Origin: Tubiluchus corallicola
Lineage: Eukaryota; Animalia; Priapulida
Assembly (NCBI GenBank): GCA_030141605.1
Contig: JAQGDQ010000217.1
Coordinates: 1-64,000, forward strand
Direction of reading: 5' to 3'
Length of the DNA stretch: 64,000 nucleotides
Positions 27,401 through 42,400 of the stretch are shown piece by piece (position 1 is the first letter of the stretch; the number at the start of each line of letters is the position of its first letter). The position numbers were made by a program, and so were the translations under genes. The notes under the pieces were generated by a model. That model made no database searches, had not been told where the DNA came from, and saw nothing but the letters and a program-made list of their open reading frames with translations.

Positions 27401-30400
27401 ATTTAGGTAGAGCCCCCGTAGAGTCTGCCTACGCTCAGCTACTGCCTGTTTCCTTTAGTGGGCAGTCGGTTAGTACCCTAGCTCGGCCAAGGAACTGATC
27501 GAACTTAGCAGCGACTACCATTAATGCACGGGCCATTACAGTTAGATCAGACCAAATCAGGCCAAGTTGGTTAGATAGATTAGGTAAGTGTGGGATAATT
27601 GGCTAGGTTATTTATAGACAGGTAATATTAAACCAAATCAGTTACGTTTTGGTTCTATTCTCGCCATTTTACATCACACACGAAATCCTTATCAAATTGC
27701 TTATTTTGTTTTCTACAACTGACCATCATTTGTTATAGCTGAACTGGAAGATTCAGTGTCAAGTGGCCTCAATTATTCTGGCATCTCAGAGCAGGAAAAA
27801 TCATCTAAAGATCTGGTGTTTGACATTGGTGAGGACTTGGACTCGTCATTTGCCGAAGCCATGCAAGTATGTTGTTATATGAGTGGGGCTAAGAAAACTA
27901 ATATAAGATGCAAATGAATTTGAGAAATTTGCATTTTTTTGCAAATTTGTATCTAGAAATGCTCATCTAGAAAAGTGTGTTTAACCAACCTTGTCACTAT
28001 AAAACTAGCAGCATGTTGTGTATCTGTTCATCCTTTGTTAACAATGCATGGACTTTGTTTGCAGTTTGTGATTCTTTCTCAAATTGAATTCAGAAATGTG
28101 ATTGATAGTCATTTTCAATGACTCATTTGCTACATACATTTGAATTTGAAAAATTACGTTGAATTCGGTATCTCTAAATACTTGGCAAAGTACTAATTGA
28201 TTTTTCTTGTGGCAGTAATTTTTGGTTCAATATTGTCCTGATGTCTGAGTTATTTAATTTTTGGGTTTTTGTTAGAGGTTTCACGTACTTTTCATATAAG
28301 TAAAGTGAATAAGTTTATGTTACTTATACTTGCAGTAAAATTCCCCAAATGCATTTTTCTTTTTAGTTTTTTGTATGGGGGGAAAGTCCATTCCGAGAGG
28401 TTTGTTGCAAAATTAAATATATTATAAATATCAAAAAAATTTGTAGAGAATTAGGACAAACCTTAAAAACTGAAAAATGAGCTTCATGGTACATGTGAAA
28501 GAGTTAAAAAACTGCTAAAGTTGAAAATTTTGCATCCTATTGCAGCCAAATTTTCTAATGCATGTGTTGTGTGACCTTTAATTTCTTCTGAGTGAATGTT
28601 CCTTTTCTTTCACTGTCAATCTAGCAATTAAGGTTGCGCTTACCGAGCTTGACTACAGATGAACAGGAGGAAGTGTGTGGGATTCTCAGTCCTCTTAACA
28701 TAACTCCCATATCTCCTGGACCAGATTTTGATATACAGTTTGATCTGACTCTACAGGTAACTGTTGCTGTTGCATGGCACTGCATGTTTCAAGTTCATCA
28801 TTTTATTTGAATGCAAGAAACAACCTTGAAGATGACTTAGTTGCTTGTCTAATTAAGCATTTTTGTCTTTCAGGACAACATTAAACTTCTTGGTTTGCAT
28901 ATTACTTAAGTTTTTGAGGCTGAAGCCAGATAATGGAGAATTAATGGCATGAAGAAGACTTGATTACTTTACATAATTTATTCATGTCACATCTGGGTTG
29001 GGTCTTCCTAGTGCTTCAGCTGGTTCAATTTAATGTCAAGTTATGATTAATTCAAACAGTTTCAAAATGAACCATCTTGGCCTTTAGATGTAAAATATCT
29101 TCTTTAAAAAATGTTGTTAGATGTCATGGACAGTAGTTTGTTATGTAGTGGCAGTGGCAGTGTTAATGGTTGCAGTAGTATGGTAGACGCGGTAATGGTC
29201 CTGATCATGCTTGTTGTAGTGTTAAGTAATATTGCCTATTAACGTATAGATACAAGCTAGCGCTATTAATTAAAGAATGTACCAGCTTTGTCTCAAACAC
29301 CAAGACGACAAGAATAAATTTAACAACTTTATTGTAACTCGCAAAGTAACGAGGTTATAACTAGAAAGATGAGCGCAACCCGAAAAACGAAGAAGTTGAA
29401 AACAAAAAGGCAACTTTGCAAAAGGGGTAGAGTTGATAACACTAACAACATGCATGTATATTGGCGTAGGGTGAAATTAGTAAGAGGATGCCTGTTTAAC
29501 AAAAAACAGCATTTGTAGCTGTATTTGTATAACACCTGGAATCATGGATTAAACCAGTTTTGTACATTTAAAACAAAACCAGGCCCAATCTTAAACTGTG
29601 TGTCAGAACAATCTACTCTTTAAAATATTGAAATGAATCATAGTATTTTTAGTGATGTGAAGAATTATTACCAGTCAAACACAATTTCACGTTTGAAACA
29701 CTAGTTCTTCACTGTTACACGCATTTCACCATACACTAGTGAGACAGGCACTAGTGCCTGCATTTTGGAAAGTCATTGCACAAAAAACAAGTGCTGTACT
29801 TTTCAGTTCAGTTGTGTTAGTTTGTGATGAACTACACATGTTCAACAGCTTGTGTGAGCACATCAGTAAATTTAAAATTTGAATTTTTATCTTAAAACTT
29901 GCCTAGTTTTAGTATAACACACTGGATATCTTACAGTAGTACTGTACTTCAATTTTCGCTTTCGCAAACACGTGCAACACGCTTGTGGAATATTTTTGCT
30001 GTTGAAAATTGTTAGTTTGTGGTGTCATAAATAGTCGCTTGCCATTAATTAAGCTTTTAATCTTTTATGTTAACGCTTTTGCAGTAATAATTGTGTTAAA
30101 ATGTATACTTTTTATCCGACTTGAAAATGGGGTAGTATATGAAAAATCATCCTGTCTTCCTTTAAAATATGTGGCAAGTACATCTATCACAATCATTTTA
30201 TTTTCATTTGTTTATATATCATTTTATTGATTTTCAATATGCAGTTGTGCTGTGCATTATTATGCGTATTGTATTGCCGCATATAATTTTTGTTCTTGGT
30301 TTGAGGAAATAAACATCTAAGAATTTCTCACCTTAGGTATTTAGGCTTTTAACAGTTGAATTTGTATTTTGTACAAAAGCAGAAGAATTGTAATTTCGTT

Positions 30401-33400
30401 TATTATAAGTTTCTGTACACTACTGTTATTGGCAACATGTATGGATTTTATCTGTTCACATGCAGATTTTAACTCCTATGTGTTTGTGTGTGCGTTTGTA
30501 GTTTGCAAAATTTTATGTCGTTTTGCAGAAAATTGACATTGCGGCAGATTTTATTGGAGAATTCAGTAAGGATTTTGAGGAAAGTGAAACAGATGACTCC
30601 TTGCCATTGCCGACTCCGCCTGCAGAGAGCACCGTTTTGCCCTCTTACTCTCATATCGATTTCCCCACCCCTCCAAGTCTGGGGGAAGTGGCTGCGGAAG
30701 GTAGTAGTCGAGTTTGTTTTTATGTAGCTTTAATATATTCCTCTTCTGTTATTTGATGCATTTTCATTAACTCTGTTCTGTTTATGATTTGTGTTGATTA
30801 CAGATTGTTTAGGATTACTGTTTTGCTAGTTGCAATATCACTGTCATATATTATAATAGCCACTATTTTGGTAAAATGTATTCTTTATTGTTCGATGATA
30901 ACAATATGGATAAGTGTTATTAAAAGGGTCTTTTAAAATTTTTAAACCTGTATGTAGGTCAGCCTGCAGGGTTTCAGTATGCTTCACCAAGCGGCAGTGA
31001 CCGGACAGACTCGGCGATTGGTGGTTCTGTCAGTTCTGATCTTGACTCTGGAGACACTATCATCGAAGTCAAACCCAAACCAAAACCAAAGCCACAACCA
31101 TTTTCAAAAAGAGCCGGCGCTGAAGAAATGGATGCGCTTCTACAGTTTGCAACTGGTGGCGCTGCACCACAGGAAGTAAAGAGAGCCGAAGTCCCTCCCT
31201 CTGAAAATAAAGAAGTAAAACAACTAAAAGGTGAGTTACTTTTTGATCTACATAGATTAAAGTGAGATGAGCTTGTGATCTAGCAGGTAAAAATGGTGAA
31301 GAACTTCATGGATGTAGGCGAGATTCCAGATTTGATCAATTTTTGCTTTCTGATTTGCTCATTTTGCGTTCTCATGAACTTGTGCCTCAAAATATTTTAT
31401 TTTTTTTTCTTCCTAAGGCATATTGAAACGTCCTGACAAAGGCCAGAAACCAAAACCTGTTCTTCCACCCACTGTGCCTCCAAAACCATCAATAAAAGTG
31501 GAGGTAGCAGTTATGCGCAAGAAAACTGGTATTGCTCGGCAGATGTCGCTGGGTAAAGAAGACATATCCGCACGCACATCCGCTTTGTCAGAGATAGCAT
31601 CGCGCCCACTTTCTGCAAGTTCCTTACCGGGTAAAGCTTTCGTTTTTTAAGTTGGCAGTTCTAAGGAGAAATGTACCATTTGTAGTTTGCAGTGCGTTTA
31701 GTCAACAGTTTGTGAAAACTTTTTTTGATTATAACCCTTTCTACAAGTTAAAGGACAAAATTTGTCATGCCCACATTGTAATGGCTTCTAAAACAAAACT
31801 GTTCGACTTTTCTGGTTGTTATCTACAGCTTTCATTTTATAGTAAGCTAATTTAATTAACAATATTTAGAAGACAATTAAACTTTCCATTTCTAGCAATA
31901 TTTTATTAAATACTGTGTAGGTGAGACTAAAAGCTACCAGCTGTTGTGGAGAATGTCAGCAAAGGAGGCACATCGAAAAAATCGCATATCTAAACTGCTG
32001 CAAGAGTGGAAAGTGGGCGTAAGTTTTATATATGCTGTTTCTTTGTGTAAGTGAGCAGTTACTTTGTGAATTGATATCATTCCTCTAGTTTGCTGTTTGG
32101 AAATACTGACTTTTTGCTATACTTACATGTTGATGTTGGTGCACACGTATTTCTCTGAAGCTGCTTTTGAGGTTGTTTGTTTTCCCAGAATCTTAGATTG
32201 CACGACCTTTTTAGCAACATACTTGAACTATATCAGATAGCATTAGGTTGGGGAAGTGCTTTTTGTAACAAGATAATTAGCTTGAACGGAGTGCTTATAC
32301 AAAACTTGCTCGATGATACTTATGATAATAGCAACTGCAGTTGGACTAATTAGAAAAGGCAGCTTTGTACTATTTAAAGTAATCCACTCTTAGCCTCTTA
32401 TTGGTAATCAGCAAGACAGGCACTGAGTCTGATCCTCCTGCAGGTATTAGATGCCACGATGTTCTTCAAAAATTACTGTTCCTTTTGAGTGGATGTGAGT
32501 TTGTTAGTTTAGAATTAGGAATTCCCAAGAAACAGCTGTGCTTACTGCTGGTGTGTGCTTCTGGTTGACATGGCAGTCGCTTTAGGCACTAACACATGCT
32601 CTGCTTGAGCAGGGCTGTCTTAACGGCATTATAGGCCCCTGGGCAAATTGTGCCCAACCTACACAACTCACAGGAATAAAAATGTAATTAGTCGATAAAA
32701 TTAAACATATATTTATTGTATAGGTACTTCCAACAAAATTAGTGTTTAAACACTGTACAGCAAAGATTAATTAACACAAGTATTTGAACAATATAACATG
32801 AGCCTTGAAAAACATAAAAGTTTCAATATATAAATGATACTCAATTGGTGTAAACCATACAGATGGAAACGGCACAGAACGAAATCATTATGAATTATTT
32901 ATTATTAATCAACAAATGTTTGCGAAATTTCTTTGCATCGAATTGCTTTATAATTGTCGTGAAGTCAATGGTCTTTAGGATTTCATTTTCCATACACATG
33001 AGTGAAAGTCAATTCTAATGCCTCTTTGTGCTATAAAACTGATTTTTTTTTATAAGTTTCAATCTTGAAAATGAACGTTCTGCTGCATGGTTGGCCACCA
33101 TCATGTGCATGAACACTCTTGCAATTTCAATATTGGGAAATACAGATTTTCAAATTGCTGGAAATTATTTTTCTGTACATTGCAGGGAGAATCTCACAAT
33201 TTTCTTCAAGAGCCATGTAGTGCTTAGTATAGTGTAGCATTTATTTATTGACAGCAAGTCACAACATACATGTACAGATTAGCATGGGGCCCCCGTGCAA
33301 GCTGCCCAGCATGCCCGTGCGTTAAAATCACCCTGCTGCTAATTGTGTGGGCTGGTATAACTATTACACACATTTAGGAAATTATATTCAGCATTACGAA

Positions 33401-36400
33401 TTTGAATCACGGTCATTTAATGATTTCGAAATGCTACATAGTACATGTGATAACATTATATTACTTTTCATCTGACATGATTACGTGAGTAGTGTGATTT
33501 TCAAAATTAACAGCCGCCTCCTGTTTTGTTGTGGAGATGTTCACGCACATAACACCTGTGGTTGTGTTTTACATGTTAGTCCTCAGATTAGTGTCACCCG
33601 AGCTTTTTGCTAATTATGAACGCGATTCTCGTTATCTCCAGGATGGGAGCGGCATATAATTTTATGAAAATTATCATCTCTGTGGCTCATTTTGTTTTTG
33701 TATTTAGTTTTTTTCCAATACTTGCTGGTCATAGTCCTAGAGAAATACTGCTTTCACTGATTAAAGATGGAATCTTAAACTGCAAATACAATGGTGTTGT
33801 ATTACATGCTTACATTTGTATTACATAATAATACGATATCACATTAATATTAAAACACACGCTTCCCATCATTTTTATATTCCTCATTTATTTTGTGCAC
33901 TGCATTTGAGGTTTAATCAGCTAAGTAATCAAGCTAAAAATATTTTCTGCACAGGTGCAACTTCTTGGGATAATTACAATGGGCAATTTCCACTTCTCGT
34001 CTTTCACCGGCTTCCCTTAAGCTGTTTATGTAATAATGGCAAATTGTTATTTGTGATATGAAGAGGCTTTGAGATTTGTTGACTTATCGTGTGCCAATCA
34101 TTTTCTGTTGTCTAATATTCTTAAGTGCACGTCATCATTAAAATGGATTTACAGTTTCATTTCTATCACATGAGAAACATAGTCCTAATCTAATCTGTTT
34201 ACTAAAATAAGAACTAGTCTTGATAATAATTAGTTGGTTAATGAGATTTTCAAAAATCTTAATTGGATAAATATAAGAAGATTTCCTGACATTATGACAT
34301 CAGGATTATTTCTTTCGTTTTGTTAGGAATGAAATTACAACAAATCCACCATAATGATAAAAGTTTCGACATTTTCGTAAACTTTGTTGGGTGTAGGGCT
34401 CACAGAAGATGTTTGTTAACCTAAATGATCATAATTATAAATTATTGGTCAGTGTAAAAACACTACACCTTAGGAACAATTTTCCCTAACTGTGTATGTA
34501 ATAATATGATTGCTTTTATGTACTGCTGAAAGTTGGTAAGAAAGTAAGAATCAAATCATTTCAAAACAAGCTGAAATGTTTTTTGGCGTACCAGAAAAAA
34601 ATCATGATGTACTATGTCGTAGTTTCCACACATGATTTTGCATTATGGTACATTACATATATTTATTTCCAACATGCATTTTATACAGTTTATACAAAAT
34701 GCAGTATACACAAAATTGCAGCTAAGTCATAAAATATATATAAATAAACTTTAACTTTTGTTATTGTTTCACGGTTGCTAGATCAACTTCAGTTATTGAT
34801 ATTTAGTAATGAATGATAAAAGTAATTGTCTAGCATTTGATTGGTTTATTGTTATTTTATTTGGTTTATTTTATTTGTCAGCCTAAGAGGTTTTTTCCAC
34901 TATTAGATTTTCATTTCGGTTGAACTTTAAGTGCACAAAAAGTAAAAACATTTTAATTTTGACTTCGGGGTGCATGGGACCACATGATTACTCAAAAACA
35001 GCTATAATTGAGTTATCACCACTGTAATTCTGGGGCTGCCTGTTTGCTACCCTACTTTCTCAGCTACAGACTTCAAATCTAATATCTACTAGTCTAATTT
35101 TAAAAATTTTTAAATGAATTTCCTTTTTTTTGTAAATTAAACCCTACTGATTTCACAACATTATGTAATTTTGTTTTATTAATATTGCTGCATTAGTGTT
35201 GACGAAATTCAAGAAGTCGGTTTTAGACCGGTTTCTGGAGTCTGTATATTTCTAGCTACATACACATTAAAAAGCAAAATTTGTGGATCAGCTTCCCAGT
35301 GAGATTTTATGTTTGGTTGCTCTTTTTTGTAACTGTAATAGAGACAGTGCAGTGTATATAAAATAAATAGTTTACCAAGGTCATTTTGCTAAAAACTATC
35401 AATTTTATTGCATTGATGTTTTTTTTGTTTTTTTTCTATTTGATATTTAGTCAAATGAAGCTGCTGAAGCCAAAGCAATGGAAGAAGAAAAGGTTTACAA
35501 TATAAAAGATTTTGCTTCAGAGGCATTTAATGAACATCCATCTACTGATGCAGGACGGCGTTCGAGTATTATGTCGATACGGAAACGGCCCAGTGAGGTC
35601 AACAGATGTTTCATCTTGCTTATATGTGAACATTGCTGATGTTTCATTGTTACCATCCTGGAATCGAGTGCTGAAGCTTTTGCCTTTGTAAAAACATTTT
35701 TACTGATAGCCATAAATCAATCGTATTTACTCACTTTATACATATTGTTGTTTGTTTGTAAATATATGGTTTTTAGCTGCTCAAAGTGATGAATTGAGTG
35801 TTTGACTTATTTGTAGGCTGCTGCTATGAGTAAGGAAGAAATGACAACATTTTTAGACAGTCCAAGCATTCCCACATCTCATATTAAGCTCTATGATCCT
35901 CAACTGATTACGCTCGCTGTAGGTATTTTTAAGGTAAGTACCGTCGAGGCTATAATCGGTATTTGACACTGCACTTTTTTAAGTTGCTGCCATTTTCTTC
36001 AACATTGAGATGGGTAGATATTTTGACATTGCCCCTTAGTTTCACAAGAAATTACCTAGCCTGACTGATTGTCTGACTGCATTTGTGTTAATGTGCTTAT
36101 TTATTTATGTAGAAAATCACCTTTATGCTGGCAAATTGTAGTTACTTGACATTTTAAGAGTATTAATTCCATTTTTATATTGATAGGATTTGTATAAATA
36201 CATGAAAGGAGATGCAAAAACCGATGAGTTTGTTGTGATTACTATGGTGATAAGGTACGGGATTGAGCACGAGGATTTACGCGATGAGATCTACTTGCAG
36301 CTGATGCGACAGACAACAAACATTCCTTCCAGTGATGCATTGCTGCGTGGGTGGCAGATGTTTGTGTATTGTACTGCCTGTTTTGTGCCAAGTAAAACCC

Positions 36401-39400
36401 TGCTCAAGGTAAGGCAACTTTTTGCATACATATTCCAAGAACGTTGGGCTGTGCACATTATTAGTTATGACCGAGATTAAGTTCAGCTAACTTATATATT
36501 GTTTTACTTTTATGTGGCTATGATGCGGAAGGGATTTTGCATATGCATTTGCACAGAGTTTCTTGGGAAAAGCCATTATTAATTTTAGAGCTATTATTAA
36601 ACTCTAAAACGGTTGTTGTTACAAAAAATTAACTTGTTTCTACGAAAAGAAATTTAGTAATAATTTCATTATGAAGGTTGTGCTTTCAGAACTTTTTGTT
36701 ACTGCTTACTAAATGCTGAAACGAGCTTCTCATATTTTCACCCTGTACTCCTATAGGTTTATTTTTTTTGTTGGAGTCTCTAGTTATCTCGGGAATGGTT
36801 TACCAGAAAACTGATTAACAGCAATCGCCCTTCATGACGAGTGAGAGCAGATACTTTTATTCATTAGCAATTTAGCAAAATTCTAGTTTTCTGAACTTTT
36901 ATTTCCACTTTTCTACTGTAGTCTCTTACCTTAAGTGGAAATTGGCCTATACATTCAAAATAATGTATTGTTAAAAAATTAATGGAATGTTACAACAAGA
37001 GTATCTTCACTCTTCGATTGATCTGATTAAAAATTCAAATTTTATTTTATCTAGTACGTCGTATCGTATATGAAACAGCATGTCGATGATGAATTTGTCA
37101 GTAAACATGCAGACATTTGTCTCAAGCACCTGAGAGTCGCTCGAGTAGCTCCTCGGAAACTTCCGCTTTCATCCACTGAAATTCAAGTACGTGTAATGTT
37201 TATCCTTTTTTACAAGAAAAACCTGAGCGACTTTCTGCACAATATTGCTTCAAATAGAGTGAAATTTAACCTGTAGGATGGCTGGCTATAGGGGTGTTAA
37301 CTGACTGACAGGATAGTCGATTCTAAGCTGAATAGCTGAAAGACTGATTGACTGACTGTTTGACTAACTGACTGTCCCAGCTGGGAAGATTTTTCAGACC
37401 TTCTAATTTTACATTACTTTGGTGTGTTTATTGGGTTTATCACACAACCTGGTGACTATCACTGAGCATGCAACTGTATTGTCTAAATTAAGCTTGTTTA
37501 CTTTATAGTGCATGAAAGATGGTGCATTCGTTGCTATTACTTTAAAAAGCATCAGAAAATGGCTGGCTGTAGTTTGCACATGAAACAGTGTGCTGTCTAT
37601 GAAACAATGAAAGTGTCTGAAAACTGTTAATAACAAGATATTTTTAGGCATTGAAGAAGTTTGGACCGATGGTCGTTCGCTTACACTTTCTTGATGGTTC
37701 AACAAAGGCCATAGATGTCCACTCTTACGACATTGCGTCAAACATCCTAAAGAGTGCCGCAGATAAAATTGGGCTTAAGTCAACTGAAGGCTGGGCTGTT
37801 TATGAGGTAGGTTCATGATGGACACTCTAACCATTATAAGTCCTGATGCTTTTTGATCTTTGTATGTCTTAATTGATTGGAGATCTGGATATCTAAATTT
37901 CTTAATTTGGCTTAGCAGAAACAGAAAATTAGAATTATGAAAAATGTCTGATGTCTCAAATTTGTCAATATTATTGCAAAGAATTAGACAATAGTATTGC
38001 TGCAGTCTCGTCTTTTAGAAAAATCACAGTTATAACATTTGTGTAGCATTCTAAATTATCCATTGCACAGGAAGTAAGGCATTTGTTACTGTGAAACTAG
38101 AATTTAGATAGTTATGGTTTCTGCCCAGCATTGTTGATTAGATACGAGGGACGAATTTTGGCCTCTCCTGCTCACTGGGGAACACATTAGGTTAGCAGTC
38201 ATGGCTTCTGGCTTGTAAGCAAAAAGTCCCTGGTTCCAATACAGGCTGAGATCCAGGTTTTCCAGATTTTATTTATTTTTCAGATTTGGTTTAAAAATTC
38301 AATTAATTGTATCTGCAGTATACCCTCACTGCTCAGCTGCTAAATGCCAGTATTATAAGGATGCTTATTAACACTGTTTTATTTTGTAATTTCAGTGCTC
38401 AGGAAATGTGGAGAGACATCTAAAAACATACGAGTATCTAGCTGATGTTATTGCCAAGTGGGAAAGGTATTACAGTGCCTTTTAGTAAAGGACATCAAAA
38501 TCTGTGGTTGAACATATTGGGATATTAGAATGCAAAATTTATTTTTGTTTTTTTCAGGTTATTCACACTTTCATAAATGTTCAAATTTTGTATTTTTGCA
38601 TTTTAAATTTGAAATCCTTATGAAAGCACATTTTGTGATTGCAAATTTGTATTGCTGATATGGTGAAAAATACAGACATCTCTCCAACGATAAAAAATTA
38701 TGTCACCCTTCATTTTATTTAGTTTACCTACCTTAACTGTAACTTTGCAACCTGACTTTTCTTCTTCCATTTCTACAAATATTTTCATTTGTAATTAATT
38801 CATTAGAATAAGTTCTTACGTTACGTTTGTTTTCTTTTTTAAATTTCTAGCCGAAACTTTATTCTTAAGGAACGATTTGCATTATTAGTTGACCTAACTG
38901 TTTTATAATAGTGTTGGCACTTCTGAAGATTAATTGCATAGACATTTATTTAGTGCACAGAAGACATCAAATGTAAAAAAGGGGGCTCTGTACATGGATG
39001 AGGAAGGCAGATTCCTGATAAAGAAACGGTTGTTTCGTAAACCAAGGGACATGCCACAGGATCCTGTAGAATACAGTTTACTCTATGCACAAGCTGTTCA
39101 TAGTGTGGTGAAGGTTGGTGATTCATTTTTACATGGAGTTTATCTTCTGGTGTTTTGAATAGGGAAAATTCGATTTTAAAGTGGTGAAAAGTACGAGTTA
39201 AGAGGTTGCATTTAATTTCTCATTGCTATCACCTTGTTGTTGTTGTTGCGATGTTCTACATTCAAAGTTTTTAGTGCAAAAACTGAAAGATCATTTGGGT
39301 GAGTGATAGTCAATTTTCTTTTTTATTCATTGTGTGCCAGAGTTTAGTGAAACATAAGAAACTGAAAATAATATTCTATAGAAACCAGCCATAGAAACTT

Positions 39401-42400
39401 TTTAGATTTCTAACCAAACATGATTATTTCCCAAAACTTTGCAATGTAATTTTAGTTTAGTTTTTTACTTTGGTCATTTTTACAGCTCGATGAATATGGT
39501 GTTAATGAGACGACCGCTGTTCAGTTGGCTGGACTTCATGCACAGGTTGTTATTGGCGAATTTGAGGAGAAACGTCTGGAGAGGTACGACATGGTTTCGG
39601 AGTTCCTTCCACAGCGTATTATCAAGCAAAAGCCAAAATACAATTGGCAAGAGGCAGTTTCTGAAGCCCACAAGGTATGCTTTTCATACATAGCCATTTA
39701 GATATATTGACCGTCTTAGCATTTTGTGTGAGAGTATGAGATACTTAAAGAAAGTATCACCAGAAATCTTTGTTGTATTGAATTGCATTATAAAAATGTG
39801 TTAGAGAGAATTTAGTGCATATTTGCATTGCAGCAATATGGTATGGGAAAGCCTACCTTAGTAGCCAAAGTTTGGTATTTAACTTGTGTAAAGCAGTTTC
39901 CACTATACGGATGTACTCTATTTCCGGCCACATACAAAGGGAACTGGGCATATGGCAATGATGTGCATTTGGCTGTTCATGTTGATGGGGTATTCTTCTT
40001 AGATAGGGCCACGAAAGAAATATGGTAAGCTTATATTTTACTTAAGAGTTTTGAGATTAGTTGTCCAAATTGTTCATTTTAGATAAATAATTTGTACATT
40101 ACATCATGCAGACAAACAGGCTACCATAGCTGGTTAAAAAATTAATAAACAGCTGAGATTTCAAGATAAATCCCAATTAATTAATCGGAAATATAACGTT
40201 CATTTCTACTTTTAATTTTTGTCAAAATTGAACAAAAGTCCATCTTTTTTTCAGTCTTATAATGTTTAATAGAAATAAATTTTTGTGAAATAGTGGCTTC
40301 TTTCAGCATTTTTAATACATTACAGGTACAACTATAGATACGATGACTTTGTCAGCATTACTCAAGTGCCTGGGGAAGATTGTGTAAACTTTGAACTGTC
40401 CAATGAGGCTGCAGATGTACAAAAAAGTTTTACATTCCGCACACCCGACAAAGATGATCTTGCTGGTCTTATATCGAGTTATTCACCAAATTTAGCAAAC
40501 TGGCTGCGGCTAAAGAGGACCCCTTCTAGAAAGGTCAGTGTAGAGTCACAACTGTAGAGTGTAGTGAGTTATTATTAACAGTGTTCGTGATTAGCTTTTT
40601 TTACTATTATATTGGTTTTCCAGTTTATTCGTCCCAAGGATGTAGCAAAATTACAGGAGGAAGTTATCAAATGTCGAATGTCGCTGGTAGAGAGTGGAAT
40701 TCTGCGAAGGCCAAATTATGAAACCGGGTCTATATTCATGAATACTCTTAGAAAGTAAGTTGTTGCACTTACGTTTTTATGATCAATTCTACATGCTGCA
40801 AGCCATAATTCAGTACTCAGTGGCAAGCCCTACTTAAAGTAGATGGTTGTGACGTCATCAGAATTTGGCTCATTGTCAAGGTTAATTTTCTGGGATGGAA
40901 CTCACAGACATGTCTTAACTATGTTCCCTTGCTAATACACCCTCCCTCAGTGAGGTGAGTAGCCAGAATCAGTATGGCGAGTAAAAGCACTAGGAGTGAG
41001 TATCAAGCATGACAATCAGTCTTCTGCTCTCTGACCAGCTTCAGTGTTGGTCAACTTCATTCATGAAATACATCCACACTTTGATTTGTAAATCGCAGTA
41101 TTATTTCAATGTAAATTAAGTATTTGCAGATTTCACGAGTGGTATGAACTTTGTTCAATCATCCAGAAGCATGGATCAGTTGAGTCCTATTTAGTTTAGT
41201 AAGTTTGTCTGTGGATGATCAGCCTTTTCAGGAAGAACACTAGAAAATTTATATGCAAATTTTATGTAGAGCAGTCTTTAATGTCACTTTGAATGAAAAT
41301 AATTGTGTTGTTCTTTACTTAGCAAATTTTGTATAGCAAATATTGTAGATTCTATACTGTACTGTGACTAACTGATTTTTGTGTTACAGTGCTATAGTAA
41401 ACTGATGCCATAGCTATTTCTGCTTATTACATTTCATGCTGTTTACTAGATTCAAGAAAGGCACATTGCCAAAACTGAAGGAGGAAGAAGAAGCAAAGAT
41501 ATTTAAGGCATATCGTGCAGATTATTGGTCATGGTCTAGTGCTTCCATTCAACAGCCATTGAGTGTAATCGCTGATGAAGATGGAGCGCTGAAGCTCTTC
41601 TTGTCCATCTTAGTTTTCTCTGGTCTGGCAAAATCAGGTACTTCCAATTTTATAGAACGTGCATGTTTGTGGAAAAACGACCTACATTTGTATATGCAAC
41701 AACAGATGGCCTGAAAGATGTACTTGCTCAGATCACTGTTTATTGTGAGAAGTGTGTTCTTTAGCACTTTATTAAGATTGTCTTAGTTTTAGATTCAACA
41801 TTGTATTTTTAGGGTAGATTGTTTTCTGCTGCTTTTACAGTAGGCGCTGCTTAATAGACTCACGGTTAATAGACTCAATCACTTAATTGACTCAAAAATG
41901 CCTGGTACGGGCTGCTTCTATTCAAATATACATAAAAACTATCAGTAATTGGCTCCAATAACTGCGCATAATTGACTCAATATATTTCCTTCACCTATTT
42001 AAAATAAGATATTTTTATGTGCCCAAAGAGCCTTTCTACTTTTATGTCATCTTAACTTCCCTTTTGTGCACTATGTATTCAGAAACAATCATGTTAAGTA
42101 CCGTTTTGTTTGTAAGCAGGTATGTTTATCATGCACTAACACTCTAGCGTAGCGGTTTTGCTTTGAATCTGTTACCTGCTCGCCCACTGTTACCCAAAGA
42201 ATTTCTGGAAGCTAAGCATTTAATCACGTGCCTAGCGGTTTCCTTTTGATGCTCTCGTTGCAAATCACCCTTTCAAGCTTAATGAGTTAATAGTCGAATA
42301 TGCAGGTACAGTAATCAGCCGGGTATTCCTTGTGACTTACAAGAGTAAACATCGTACAGCAAATAAGGGCAATGTAAGTGAGCAGACAATTCAGAACTGC

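Noticed and set aside
22996-28507. piggyBac-like ends TTAACTCTTTC ... GAAAGAGTTAA as one element
   Set aside because: Only 11 bp match and the span includes two myosin exons; independent remnants or chance.
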